NCBI GenBank assembly: GCA_038321545.1
Contig: JBBQFB010000002.1
Coordinates: forward strand, 1-56,131
DNA length: 56,131 nt
Source of the DNA: Gaiellales bacterium
GTDB taxonomy: Bacteria > Actinomycetota > Thermoleophilia > Gaiellales > F1-60-MAGs149
Reading direction: 5' to 3'
The notes under the pieces: generated by a model
Database searches by the model: none
Seen by the model: only the letters and a program-made list of their open reading frames with translations
What the model was told of the DNA's origin: nothing
Made by a program: the position numbers and the translations under genes
Part shown: piece by piece, positions 36,330 through 43,957 of the stretch
Numbering within the stretch: position 1 is the stretch's first letter
How the letters are laid out: every line of letters starts with the position of its first letter

Positions 36330-36377
36330 CGGCATCCGCTCGTAGACCAGCAGTCACGATCCCGGTATCCTCGGCCG

Positions 36378-37448
36378 ATGAGCCAGGTCCTCCTGATCGG
36401 CGCGGGCGACATGGGCGAGCGGTTCGCCGCCGGCCTCGCGGCCTCCGGCAAGGTGCGCGAGCTGGTGCTCGTCGACGTGGCCGGGTCGGGTCTGCGCGAG
36501 AAGGCCGCGGCGCTCGTTAGCTCGTGCGACGTGCGTGTGCGGGCGGTCGAGGCGGAGCCGCGCGACCAGTACTCGTTCGAGCGGCTCCTCCGCGACCTCG
36601 CTCCCGATCTCGTGATCCAGGCAGCGGCGCTGCAGAGCCCGTGGGCGCTGGTCGGCCGCGACGATCCTGTCGCCCGGGCCCTCAACTCGGCGGGCCTCGC
36701 GATCCGGCTTCCGTTCCAGCTGCCGTGCCTGCTCGCTGCGATGCGCGCGGTGCGCGAGATCGGCTATGCCGGCCCGGTCGCGAACATCTCGCTGCCCGAC
36801 ATCACGCACCCGATCCTTGACCGGCTCGGTCTGACGCCGACCGTCGGCCTCGGCAACGTGTCGATGCTGCTGGTGCGTTCGCGGGCCACGTGGCGGAGCC
36901 GCAACGGCGACGGTCCGGCACCCTTCCTGCGCGTCGTCGGGCACCACAACCACGTGTACGGCGTGATGGGGTCGGTGGCCCCCGCCGATCCCGCCGACGG
37001 CCCGCGGGTGTACGTCGGCGAGGAGGGCTCGCGTGCCGACGACCTCGCGTACGGCGCGCCTCCGATGGCGCCCGGCCTGCGCTACAACCACGTCACCGCT
37101 GCGGCCGCGCTGCCGGTGCTGCTCGCCCTGCTGCCCGACGCCGAGCCGCTGCGCTGGTCGACGCCGGCGCCGTTCGGTCTGCCGGGTGGCTTCCCGGTGC
37201 GCATCGACGCCGGCCAGATCGAGCTGGACCTGCCGCCCGGCGTCGACCTCGACGAGGCGACGGCCTTCTGTCAGCGCATCGCGCACGGAGACGGCGTCGA
37301 CCACATCGACGCCGACGGCACCGTCCACTTCACCGCCGCGGCCCACGAGGCGATGGCGCCGTTCGCACCCGATCTGACCGAGCCGCTGCCGGTCGACGAC
37401 GGCGAGATCGCCCGCCGTGCGAAGCGCATCTTCGAGCTGCTGGCCTAG
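36378..37448 (+). CDS. NAD(P)-binding Rossmann-fold protein, saccharopine-dehydrogenase-like (function unknown)
   Basis: 356 aa from ATG 36378 within ORF 36081..37448(+): MSQVLLIGAGDMGERFAAGL (GxGxxG). TATCCT at 36366-36371 lies 6 nt before the ATG. Confidence 0.6.
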   Translation: MSQVLLIGAGDMGERFAAGLAASGKVRELVLVDVAGSGLREKAAALVSSCDVRVRAVEAEPRDQYSFERLLRDLAPDLVIQAAALQSPWALVGRDDPVARALNSAGLAIRLPFQLPCLLAAMRAVREIGYAGPVANISLPDITHPILDRLGLTPTVGLGNVSMLLVRSRATWRSRNGDGPAPFLRVVGHHNHVYGVMGSVAPADPADGPRVYVGEEGSRADDLAYGAPPMAPGLRYNHVTAAAALPVLLALLPDAEPLRWSTPAPFGLPGGFPVRIDAGQIELDLPPGVDLDEATAFCQRIAHGDGVDHIDADGTVHFTAAAHEAMAPFAPDLTEPLPVDDGEIARRAKRIFELLA

Positions 37449-37450
37449 GC

Positions 37451-38716
37451 TCAGGCCTCGCGCCGCGTGAAGCGGACGCGCATCTCCTTGAGGCCGTTGG
37501 TGAAGTTCGACCGCAGGCGGCGCGGCGGCGCCACCAGCTCGACTCTGTCGACCCGCTTCACGAGCTCCTCGACCATGATCGCGATCTCGAGCCGCGCCAG
37601 GTGGGCCCCGATGCAGAAGTGCGGCCCGCCGCGACCGAACGACGCGTGCTCGTCGCGCTTGCGCGTCAGCACCAACCGGTCGGGCTCCGGAAAGACGTCG
37701 GGATCACGGTTGGCCGCCGCGAACCACACCACGACCCGCTCGCCCCTGGCGATCTTCACGCCGTTCAGCTCGGTGTCCTCGGTGGCCGTCCGGCGGAAGT
37801 GCCAGACGGGCGACGCGAGCCGCAGCAGCTCGTCGATCGCGGTCGGGTAGAGCGTCGGATCGGCCCGCAGCTCGTCCATCGCCCACGGGTTCGCGATCAG
37901 CTGCAACAGCCCCAGCGCCATGCCCTGACGGGTCGTCTCGTTGCCGGCGACGATGAACAGCGCGAAGTTGTTGTCGAGCTCGACCTGCGACAGCGGCTGG
38001 CCGTCGATCTCCATGTTCGCGAGGATCGACAGCACGTCGTCACGCGGGCACGTCTGGCGCTCTGCGATCAGCGGACGGCCGAGCGCGCACAGCTCCGCAG
38101 CGGCCTCCGAGCCGAACGGCTGATACTTGAACGCCTCGGCCTCGGGCGAACCGGCGAGCACGTGGGCGATCTCCGGGTCGGTGTCGATGATCATCCGGTC
38201 GCCCAGCTCGACGAGCCGCCCGAGCAGCTCCTCCGGAACGCCCAGCATGTGCCCGAGCGCCCGGATCGGGATCACCGCGGCGATCTCGTGGACGAACTCG
38301 ACCTCGCCCCGGTCGATCGCGTCGTCCAGCATCTGCCCGGTCAGCTCGCGCAGGAAGTCGGCGTAGTCGGCGACCGCGCGCGGCGTGAAGGACCGGGCGA
38401 ACTGGCGGCGCCACGCCGTGTGACGGGGCGCGTCAGTCTCCATGAAGTTGCGCCGTGCCTCCAGCACGTCGGGCTCCATCCACTCGATCTGCGCCGAGCC
38501 GTTCGCCTCCGACGAGTAGAGCTTTGCGTTCTTCAGCACGTGCACGAGGTCGTCGTACCGCGTGACGCACCAGAACCCCTCGCCCTCCTCGGGGCCGGCG
38601 TGCCAGTAGACGGGTGCCTCGCGCTGAAGCAGGGCGAACACGTCCCACGGCTCGCGTTCGGCGAAGAGGTCCTGGTCGAGCAGATCGACCTGGTCGAGCG
38701 TCAGCTCCGGCGCCAT
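37451..38716 (-). CDS. cytochrome P450
   Basis: FGRGGPHFCIGAHLAR heme-thiolate loop, EELLR (ExxR) and AGNETT I-helix motif. Start taken at ATG 38714-38716; an alternative ATG lies at 38729-38731. Confidence 0.92.
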   Translation of the reverse strand: MAPELTLDQVDLLDQDLFAEREPWDVFALLQREAPVYWHAGPEEGEGFWCVTRYDDLVHVLKNAKLYSSEANGSAQIEWMEPDVLEARRNFMETDAPRHTAWRRQFARSFTPRAVADYADFLRELTGQMLDDAIDRGEVEFVHEIAAVIPIRALGHMLGVPEELLGRLVELGDRMIIDTDPEIAHVLAGSPEAEAFKYQPFGSEAAAELCALGRPLIAERQTCPRDDVLSILANMEIDGQPLSQVELDNNFALFIVAGNETTRQGMALGLLQLIANPWAMDELRADPTLYPTAIDELLRLASPVWHFRRTATEDTELNGVKIARGERVVVWFAAANRDPDVFPEPDRLVLTRKRDEHASFGRGGPHFCIGAHLARLEIAIMVEELVKRVDRVELVAPPRRLRSNFTNGLKEMRVRFTRREA

Positions 38717-38766
38717 GCGAGTTGTATACATTATCCCGTTCCGGTCCGCAAGCTACGCTTCCGGCC

Positions 38767-39366
38767 GTGGCCAACCGTGGGAACCCGTACCAGAAGGCCG
38801 ATGGCTACACGAAGCGGGCCCGCGAACGCGGCTTTCCGGCGCGCTCCGTCTTCAAGCTCGAGGACATCGATCACCGCGCCCGGCTGCTCAAGCAGGGCAT
38901 GCACGTGCTCGACCTGGGGGCTGCGCCCGGCTCCTGGACGATGTACGCGGCCGGCAAGGTGGGGCCGCGGGGCCGGGTGCTCGCGATCGACCTGACGCCG
39001 ATCACGATCGCGCTGCCGGACAACGCGCGCACCATCCAGGGCGACGCCTTCGAGGTGGCGAACGACGACCTCGCGGCCTTCGCTCCGTATGACGTGGTGC
39101 TGTCCGACATGGCGCCATCCACCACCGGCTCGCGCTCCACCGACGCGATCCGCTCGGCGGCCCTCGTGGAACGCGCGATCGCCGTCGCCGACGCCCTCGC
39201 GAAGCCCGGCTCGGCGCTGGTCGCGAAGCTGTTCATGGGTGGCGAGTACGACGCCGTCCGAGCTCTCATCAAGGAGCGCTACGCGACGCTGAAGACGCTG
39301 CGGCCCGACGGCGTGCGCGCCCACAGCGTCGAGGTGTTTCTGGTTGCGACGGGTCGCAAGCCGTGA
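38767..39366 (+). CDS. rlmE: 23S rRNA (uridine-2'-O)-methyltransferase RlmE/FtsJ
   Basis: 199 aa from GTG 38767 within ORF 38614..39366(+): ...RSVFKLEDID..., VLDLGAAPGSW, VLSDMAP, KLFMG. Confidence 0.87.
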   Translation: MANRGNPYQKADGYTKRARERGFPARSVFKLEDIDHRARLLKQGMHVLDLGAAPGSWTMYAAGKVGPRGRVLAIDLTPITIALPDNARTIQGDAFEVANDDLAAFAPYDVVLSDMAPSTTGSRSTDAIRSAALVERAIAVADALAKPGSALVAKLFMGGEYDAVRALIKERYATLKTLRPDGVRAHSVEVFLVATGRKP

Positions 39367-40754
39367 TTCCGCCCGAGATGACGGCCGACCTCGGGGCGGG
39401 CCACGCGTTCGTCGACCTGGTCGAGGAGTACCTCGAGATGGCCCGCTCGCGCGACGTGGCGGCGCCCGTGCCGCCGCCGCTGGCCGACGTGATCGCAGCC
39501 TTCGACGAGCCGCCGCCCGCCACCGGCCGCGCGCTCGACGACGTGCTCGACGACGTGCGCCGCCGCGTGCTGCCGAACGCGGTGTGGCTGCACGATCCGA
39601 TGCACATGGGTCACCAGCTGTCGGTGCCGCTGCCGGCCGCGATGTGGTCGGAGCCGCTGATCGCGGCCCTCAACCCGTCGCACGCCGTGGCAGAGCTGTC
39701 GGCCGCCACCACGTCGATCGAGCGCCGCCTCGTGCGCTGGCTGGCCGACTTCGCCGGCCTCGGCCCGGAGGCCGGCGGCGCGTTCACGGTCGGCGCCACC
39801 GAGGCCACGTTCAGCGGGCTGGCGGCGGCCCGCGCGCGGGCACTGCCGCACGCCTGGGAGGAGGGCGTGCGCGGTGGCGAGGCGGTCGTGTACTGCTCGG
39901 AGCACGCGCACTACTCCGTCGCCCGGGCTGTCGCGTTGCTCGGCATCGGCGCCCGCAACGTCATCCGCGTGCCGTCCGACGAGCGCCGGGCCATGGATCC
40001 CGGCGCTCTCGAGTCGCTGCTCGCGGCCGAGAGCCGCACCGTGATGGCCGTCGTCGCGACGTCCGGATCGACCGCGGTCGGCGCGTTCGACGACCTCGAC
40101 GCGATCGGGCAGATCTGCGCGGCCCGCGGCATCTGGCTGCACGTCGACGGTGCGCACGGCGCCTCGGCGCTGCTGTCACCGACCCACCGCCACCGCATGG
40201 CCGGCGTCGAACGGGTGCGCTCGCTGGCGTGGGATCCCCACAAGATGATGCTGATGCCGCTCGCGGCCAGCGCGCTCCTGATGGCTGACGAGGGCGACCT
40301 CGACGCGGCCTTCGCACAGAGCGCCCCGTACCTGTTTCACGACCGCGCGGCGCGGCCCGTCGACATGGGCGTCCGCTCGTTCCAGTGCTCGCGCCGCGGC
40401 GACTCGCTGAAGCTGTGGATCGCGTGGCAGCGGTACGGCACCGAGGGGTTCGCGGCCGTCTACGACCACCTCTGCGCGACCACGCACGCCATCTGGGAAC
40501 ACGTCGTCGAACACCCGTCGTTCGAGCCGGTCAACGAGCCGGAGTGCAACATCCTCTGCTTCCGGCACGTCGGCGACGACGACCTGAACGCGCGCCTGCG
40601 GCCGGCCTACAACGCGACCGGCGAGGGGTGGATCACGCTCACGCGCCTAGAAGGCCACCCCGTACTGCGGATCACGGTCATGAATCCACTCACGACGGAA
40701 GCCGACGGTGCTCGCATGCTTGACGGCGTCGCCCGCCTTGCGGGCAGCGCGTAG
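39363..40754 (+). CDS. group II PLP-dependent amino-acid decarboxylase
   Basis: 463 aa: ...GATEATFSGL..., HVDGAHGA, SLAWDPHKMM (PLP lysine). GTG start overlaps the rlmE stop. Confidence 0.85.
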   Translation: MIPPEMTADLGAGHAFVDLVEEYLEMARSRDVAAPVPPPLADVIAAFDEPPPATGRALDDVLDDVRRRVLPNAVWLHDPMHMGHQLSVPLPAAMWSEPLIAALNPSHAVAELSAATTSIERRLVRWLADFAGLGPEAGGAFTVGATEATFSGLAAARARALPHAWEEGVRGGEAVVYCSEHAHYSVARAVALLGIGARNVIRVPSDERRAMDPGALESLLAAESRTVMAVVATSGSTAVGAFDDLDAIGQICAARGIWLHVDGAHGASALLSPTHRHRMAGVERVRSLAWDPHKMMLMPLAASALLMADEGDLDAAFAQSAPYLFHDRAARPVDMGVRSFQCSRRGDSLKLWIAWQRYGTEGFAAVYDHLCATTHAIWEHVVEHPSFEPVNEPECNILCFRHVGDDDLNARLRPAYNATGEGWITLTRLEGHPVLRITVMNPLTTEADGARMLDGVARLAGSA

Positions 40755-41198
40755 CTTGAGTTTCGGGCGCACCGCGCCCAGGTAGCCGCGGTGGGCGTGC
40801 GAGCCGTGCAGGTAGCCGATCCGGACACCCTTGCCCCGGCCGACGGCGTGGATGAACCGGCCGTGGCCGATGTAGATGCCGACGTGGCCGGAGGACCCGC
40901 CGCTGCCGAACGCGAGCACGTCGCCCTTCCGGAGGTGCTTCACGCGGTACAGCGAGTGCCACAGCTGGTCGGACTGGTGCGGGAGCTCGACGCCGAGCTT
41001 GCGATAGACGGCGACCACGAGCCCGGAGCAGTCAACGCCGCTGCGGCGGCTCTCGCCGCCCCAGGAGTACGGCGTGTGCAGGAACGTGCGCGCGATCGCG
41101 ACGACCCGTGCTCCCGGGCTGGGAGCGGGAACTTCGGCGTGCGGAACACCGGTCGTGGCCAGTACGGCTGCGACCGGCGCGAATGCTGCAGGCAGCAT
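40647..41198 (-). CDS. NlpC/P60 (C40) cell-wall peptidase, secreted
   Basis: 183 aa from ATG 41196-41198 within ORF 40647..41426(-): signal-like MLPAAFAPVAAVLATTG, then YSWGGES...GVDCSGLV (catalytic Cys) and GHVGIYIGHGRFIHA (His). The last 36 or so codons are antisense to the decarboxylase 3' end. Confidence 0.85.
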   Translation of the reverse strand: MLPAAFAPVAAVLATTGVPHAEVPAPSPGARVVAIARTFLHTPYSWGGESRRSGVDCSGLVVAVYRKLGVELPHQSDQLWHSLYRVKHLRKGDVLAFGSGGSSGHVGIYIGHGRFIHAVGRGKGVRIGYLHGSHAHRGYLGAVRPKLKLRAARKAGDAVKHASTVGFRREWIHDRDPQYGVAF

Positions 41199-41375
41199 CG
41201 AGCGGGATCCTTTCGTCTGCTGCCGAACGCCGTCGCGGCAGTCGGAAGCGGGCAGGGAACGCGCCACGCCGACTCCGTCGATGGTGGGCCGGCACGAACC
41301 CCTGGGCTGTCGTATCCGGGTCTCACCGTACCAGCCGATTTCAAAAGGAACGGAGCTACCTCTAGCAGAATTCAA
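41199..41375 (-). ncRNA. long structured 5' leader of the NlpC/P60 gene with ydaO-like (c-di-AMP riboswitch) sequence signatures
   Basis: The minus-strand RNA contains GAAAUCGGCUGGUACGGUGAGACCCGGAUACGACAGCCCAGGGG (plus coordinates 41299-41342), then several GC hairpins before the GAAAGGA SD. This resembles the AAUC...GGUACGGnGGAACC and CCCGAAUCCGACAGCUAAC blocks of RF00379 as I recall them, but the spacing is not canonical. Confidence 0.35.
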
Positions 41376-41426
41376 TAGAAAACGCGCCGAATTGCCAGCC
41401 GGGCCGTGAAAAACGGCGCAAGACAT

Positions 41427-41558
41427 GTGACGGACTTGTCATCCGAGCCGGGCGGCATCGAGTTCGACAGCCGCTCGAACTCGCTGCTCGTCACGAACAA
41501 GGGCACGCACGCCGAGGACGGCGAGCAACTCCAGATCAGGCTGCCCAAGGGCAAGTAG
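41427..41558 (+). CDS. small hypothetical protein (43 aa; 50 aa if GTG 41406 is used), absent from the supplied ORF track
   Basis: Frame 0 reads V(M)TDLSSEPGGIEFDSRSNSLLVTNKGTHAEDGEQLQIRLPKGK*. Third positions are nearly uniformly G/C and the composition is non-repetitive and protein-like. There is no clear SD. Confidence 0.3.
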   Translation: MTDLSSEPGGIEFDSRSNSLLVTNKGTHAEDGEQLQIRLPKGK

Positions 41559-41565
41559 CTCCACC

Positions 41566-41599
41566 CGAGGGGCGCCGCGCGCTGCGCGGTCGCCCCTCG
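41566..41599 (+). terminator. strong GC stem-loop between the small ORF and the M24 peptidase gene
   Basis: CGAGGGGCG(41566-41574) pairs with CGCCCCTCG(41591-41599), with an inner CCGCG/CGCGG extension. It ends 2 nt before ATG 41602. Confidence 0.45.
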
Positions 41600-41601
41600 C
41601 T

Positions 41602-42765
41602 ATGGTCCGGCGCATGCCTGAGGGACTGCTCCTCGTCGCCGAGACGGCGGCGAACGGCGACATGTACGCCGCGACGCGCTTTCTGACCGCCGATCCGGTG
41701 CTGTGGCTCGAGGCCGGCGATCGCCGGATCCTCGTCGTCACGGGCTTCGACGTCGGGCTCGCCAAGCGCTCCAGCCCGGCCACCGAGGTGTGGGCGCTGG
41801 AAGAGGTGGTGGCCGCCGAGCGCGCCGCCGGTGGCCGCGAGCGGGACCTGCGGCTGGCGCGCGCGCTGAACAGTGTGCGCCGGGCGGGCCTGGACGCCGT
41901 CCGGGTGCCGTACTGGTTCCCGCTCGACGAGGCCGACCACCTGCGCGCCAACGGCATCGCCGTCCGCCTCGACGACGAGGAGACGATCGCGACGCGGCGC
42001 CGCACCAAGTCGGCCGCCGACGTCGAGCTGCTGCAGGCGGTGCAGCGCGAGACCGAGATCGCGATGGAGCTCGTCCGCGCCACGCTGCGCCGTTGCGACG
42101 TGGCCGGCGACCGCGGCCTGATGCTTGACGGCACGGCGCTGACGTCGGAGCGGCTGCGCTCCATCATCCAGCTGCACTGGGTCGCGAACGGCATCGAGCC
42201 GGCCACGCCGATAGCGGCCGGCGGCCCGCAGGGCTCCGACCCGCACGAGCACGGTTCCGGCCCGCTGCGGGCCGGGGAACCGATCGTCTTCGACCTGTTC
42301 CCGCGCGACGAGGCGACGCGCGTCTACGGCGACATGACGCGCACGTTCTGCGTTGGCCAGCCGTCCGACGAGGTGGCCGAGGTGCACGCCGCCTGTGACG
42401 CGGCGATCCGGCTCGCGATCGCCTCCGCGCGGCCGGGCATCACGGGACGCGAGCTGCAGATCCTCGTCTCCGACCTGTTCCGCGACCGCGGGTACCCGTC
42501 GCAGATCCACCCGGCCGCGACGCTGCCGAACGCCTCCGAGTGGGTCTTCAACCACGGGCTCGGGCACGGCGTCGGCTTCCACGTGCACGAGCCGCCGAAT
42601 GCCGGCACGCAGGGCTTCGGAGAGCTCGCCGAGGGCGACTCGCTGACGATCGAGCCGGGGCTCTACCGGCCGGGCGTCGGCGGCTGCCGCATCGAGGACC
42701 ACGTGATCCTGACGGCCGACGGCTGCCGGAACCTCAACACTATGGACTACGCGCTGGTGGTCTGA
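41602..42765 (+). CDS. M24-family metallopeptidase (Xaa-Pro aminopeptidase / creatinase fold)
   Basis: 387 aa: creatinase-like N domain, then the pita-bread domain with DLFPRD, GHGVGFHVHEPP, EPGLY, RIEDHVILT metal ligands. An alternative ATG lies at 41614. Confidence 0.87.
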   Translation: MVRRMPEGLLLVAETAANGDMYAATRFLTADPVLWLEAGDRRILVVTGFDVGLAKRSSPATEVWALEEVVAAERAAGGRERDLRLARALNSVRRAGLDAVRVPYWFPLDEADHLRANGIAVRLDDEETIATRRRTKSAADVELLQAVQRETEIAMELVRATLRRCDVAGDRGLMLDGTALTSERLRSIIQLHWVANGIEPATPIAAGGPQGSDPHEHGSGPLRAGEPIVFDLFPRDEATRVYGDMTRTFCVGQPSDEVAEVHAACDAAIRLAIASARPGITGRELQILVSDLFRDRGYPSQIHPAATLPNASEWVFNHGLGHGVGFHVHEPPNAGTQGFGELAEGDSLTIEPGLYRPGVGGCRIEDHVILTADGCRNLNTMDYALVV

Positions 42766-43940
42766 GCCTGAGCGAGCGTGGCCTGGAAGGCCGCGATCCG
42801 GCGGCACGCCTCGACCAGGCGCTCGTCGTCGGCGACCAGCCCGATGCGGACGTGGCCGACGCCCGACGGCCCGAAGCCCTCGGTCGGCGTCACCGACACA
42901 CCGTGGTTCTCGAGGAGCGCCATCGCCCAGTCCAGCGCGGACATTCCCGTGGCGCGGATGTCGGCCATCACGAACATGCCCGCCTCGGGCTCGTGCGTCG
43001 AGATGCCCTCCACGTCGCGGAGCGCGTCGACCACCACCCGTGCCCGGCGCCGGTAGGCGGCGCGCATCATGTCGGTCGGCGCCTGCGAGCCGGTCAGCGC
43101 AGCGACGCCGGCGTCCTGCACGAACGGCGGCGAGCCGAACAGCATCGACTGCAGGAGCGTGTCGACGTGCTCGACCAGCTCGGTCGGACCGACCACCCAG
43201 CCATGCCGGAACCCGGTCATGGCGTGCGATTTCGACAGCGAGCCGACGATCGCAACCCGGTCCTCGCAGCCTTCGATCGCGAGCGCGCTGGCGTGCTCGC
43301 CCTCGTACACCAGGTCGGCGTACACCTCGTCGGCGACCAGCCACAGGTCGTGCTCGCGACACAGCTCGCCGAGGTGCGCGAGCGTCTCGGGCCGCAGGCA
43401 CGCGCCGGACGGATTGTGCGGCGAGTTGAGGATCAGCAGGCGCGTCCGGTCGGTGATCCGTGTCGCGACGTCGGCCGGGTCGAGATGGAAATCGCGTGCG
43501 GCGTGCAGCGGCACGTGCACCACCGACGCGCCGGTCGCCGCCATCACGCCCTCGTACGTCGCGTACGACGGCTCGGGCAGCAGGATCTCGTCGCCGCGCT
43601 CGGCCAGCACCAGGCAGACCGCGAACAGCGCCGCCTGGGCACCGGGCAGGAACACGACCTGGCCGGGTCCGATCGGGCGCTTCGCGTACCGCTCGACGTG
43701 GCGCGCGATCGCCTTCCGGATCGTCAGCTCGCCGGACGACGGGGTGTAGCCGTTCCGGCCGCGCCTGATCGAGTCGACCAGCGCGTCGACGATCGGCGCG
43801 GGGGCGGGGAAGTCGGGCTCGCCGATCGACAGCAGGATGACGTCGCGGCCCGCTGCCTGCAGCTCGGCGCCGCGCTCGTGGACGGCCCAGACGCGGGATC
43901 CCTCGCCGTGCAGGCGCGATGTCAGGCTTGCGTAGCGCAT
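42747..43940 (-). CDS. class I/II PLP aminotransferase (aspartate/aromatic type)
   Basis: 397 aa from ATG 43938-43940 within ORF 42747..44702(-): ...LSIGEPDF..., NSPHNPSG, SLSKSHAMTGFRHG (PLP lysine). Confidence 0.9.
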   Translation of the reverse strand: MRYASLTSRLHGEGSRVWAVHERGAELQAAGRDVILLSIGEPDFPAPAPIVDALVDSIRRGRNGYTPSSGELTIRKAIARHVERYAKRPIGPGQVVFLPGAQAALFAVCLVLAERGDEILLPEPSYATYEGVMAATGASVVHVPLHAARDFHLDPADVATRITDRTRLLILNSPHNPSGACLRPETLAHLGELCREHDLWLVADEVYADLVYEGEHASALAIEGCEDRVAIVGSLSKSHAMTGFRHGWVVGPTELVEHVDTLLQSMLFGSPPFVQDAGVAALTGSQAPTDMMRAAYRRRARVVVDALRDVEGISTHEPEAGMFVMADIRATGMSALDWAMALLENHGVSVTPTEGFGPSGVGHVRIGLVADDERLVEACRRIAAFQATLAQAQTTSA

Positions 43941-43957
43941 CCCCTCAGTGTGCGCGA

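Noticed and set aside
35814-36332. Possibility that the repeats are a CRISPR array.
   Set aside because: There are only two long (150-185 bp), imperfect copies plus one short box. There is no regular 28-37-bp repeat with spacer periodicity, and no cas genes in the window.
35771-36685. 304-aa minus-strand ORF and 111-aa plus-strand ORF (35852..36187) spanning the repeat island.
   Set aside because: The peptides are low-complexity Arg/Pro/Gly/Ala with many rare codons (TTG, TCT, GGT, TTT, GTA) for this genome. The similarity between the two repeat copies is at the DNA level and includes indels that are not multiples of three (313 versus 346-347 offsets). This argues against conserved coding.
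41291-41310. GGGGTTCGTGCC (minus strand) resembles a tRNA T-arm.
   Set aside because: No acceptor stem, D-arm or anticodon arm can be built around it. It lies inside the NlpC/P60 leader.
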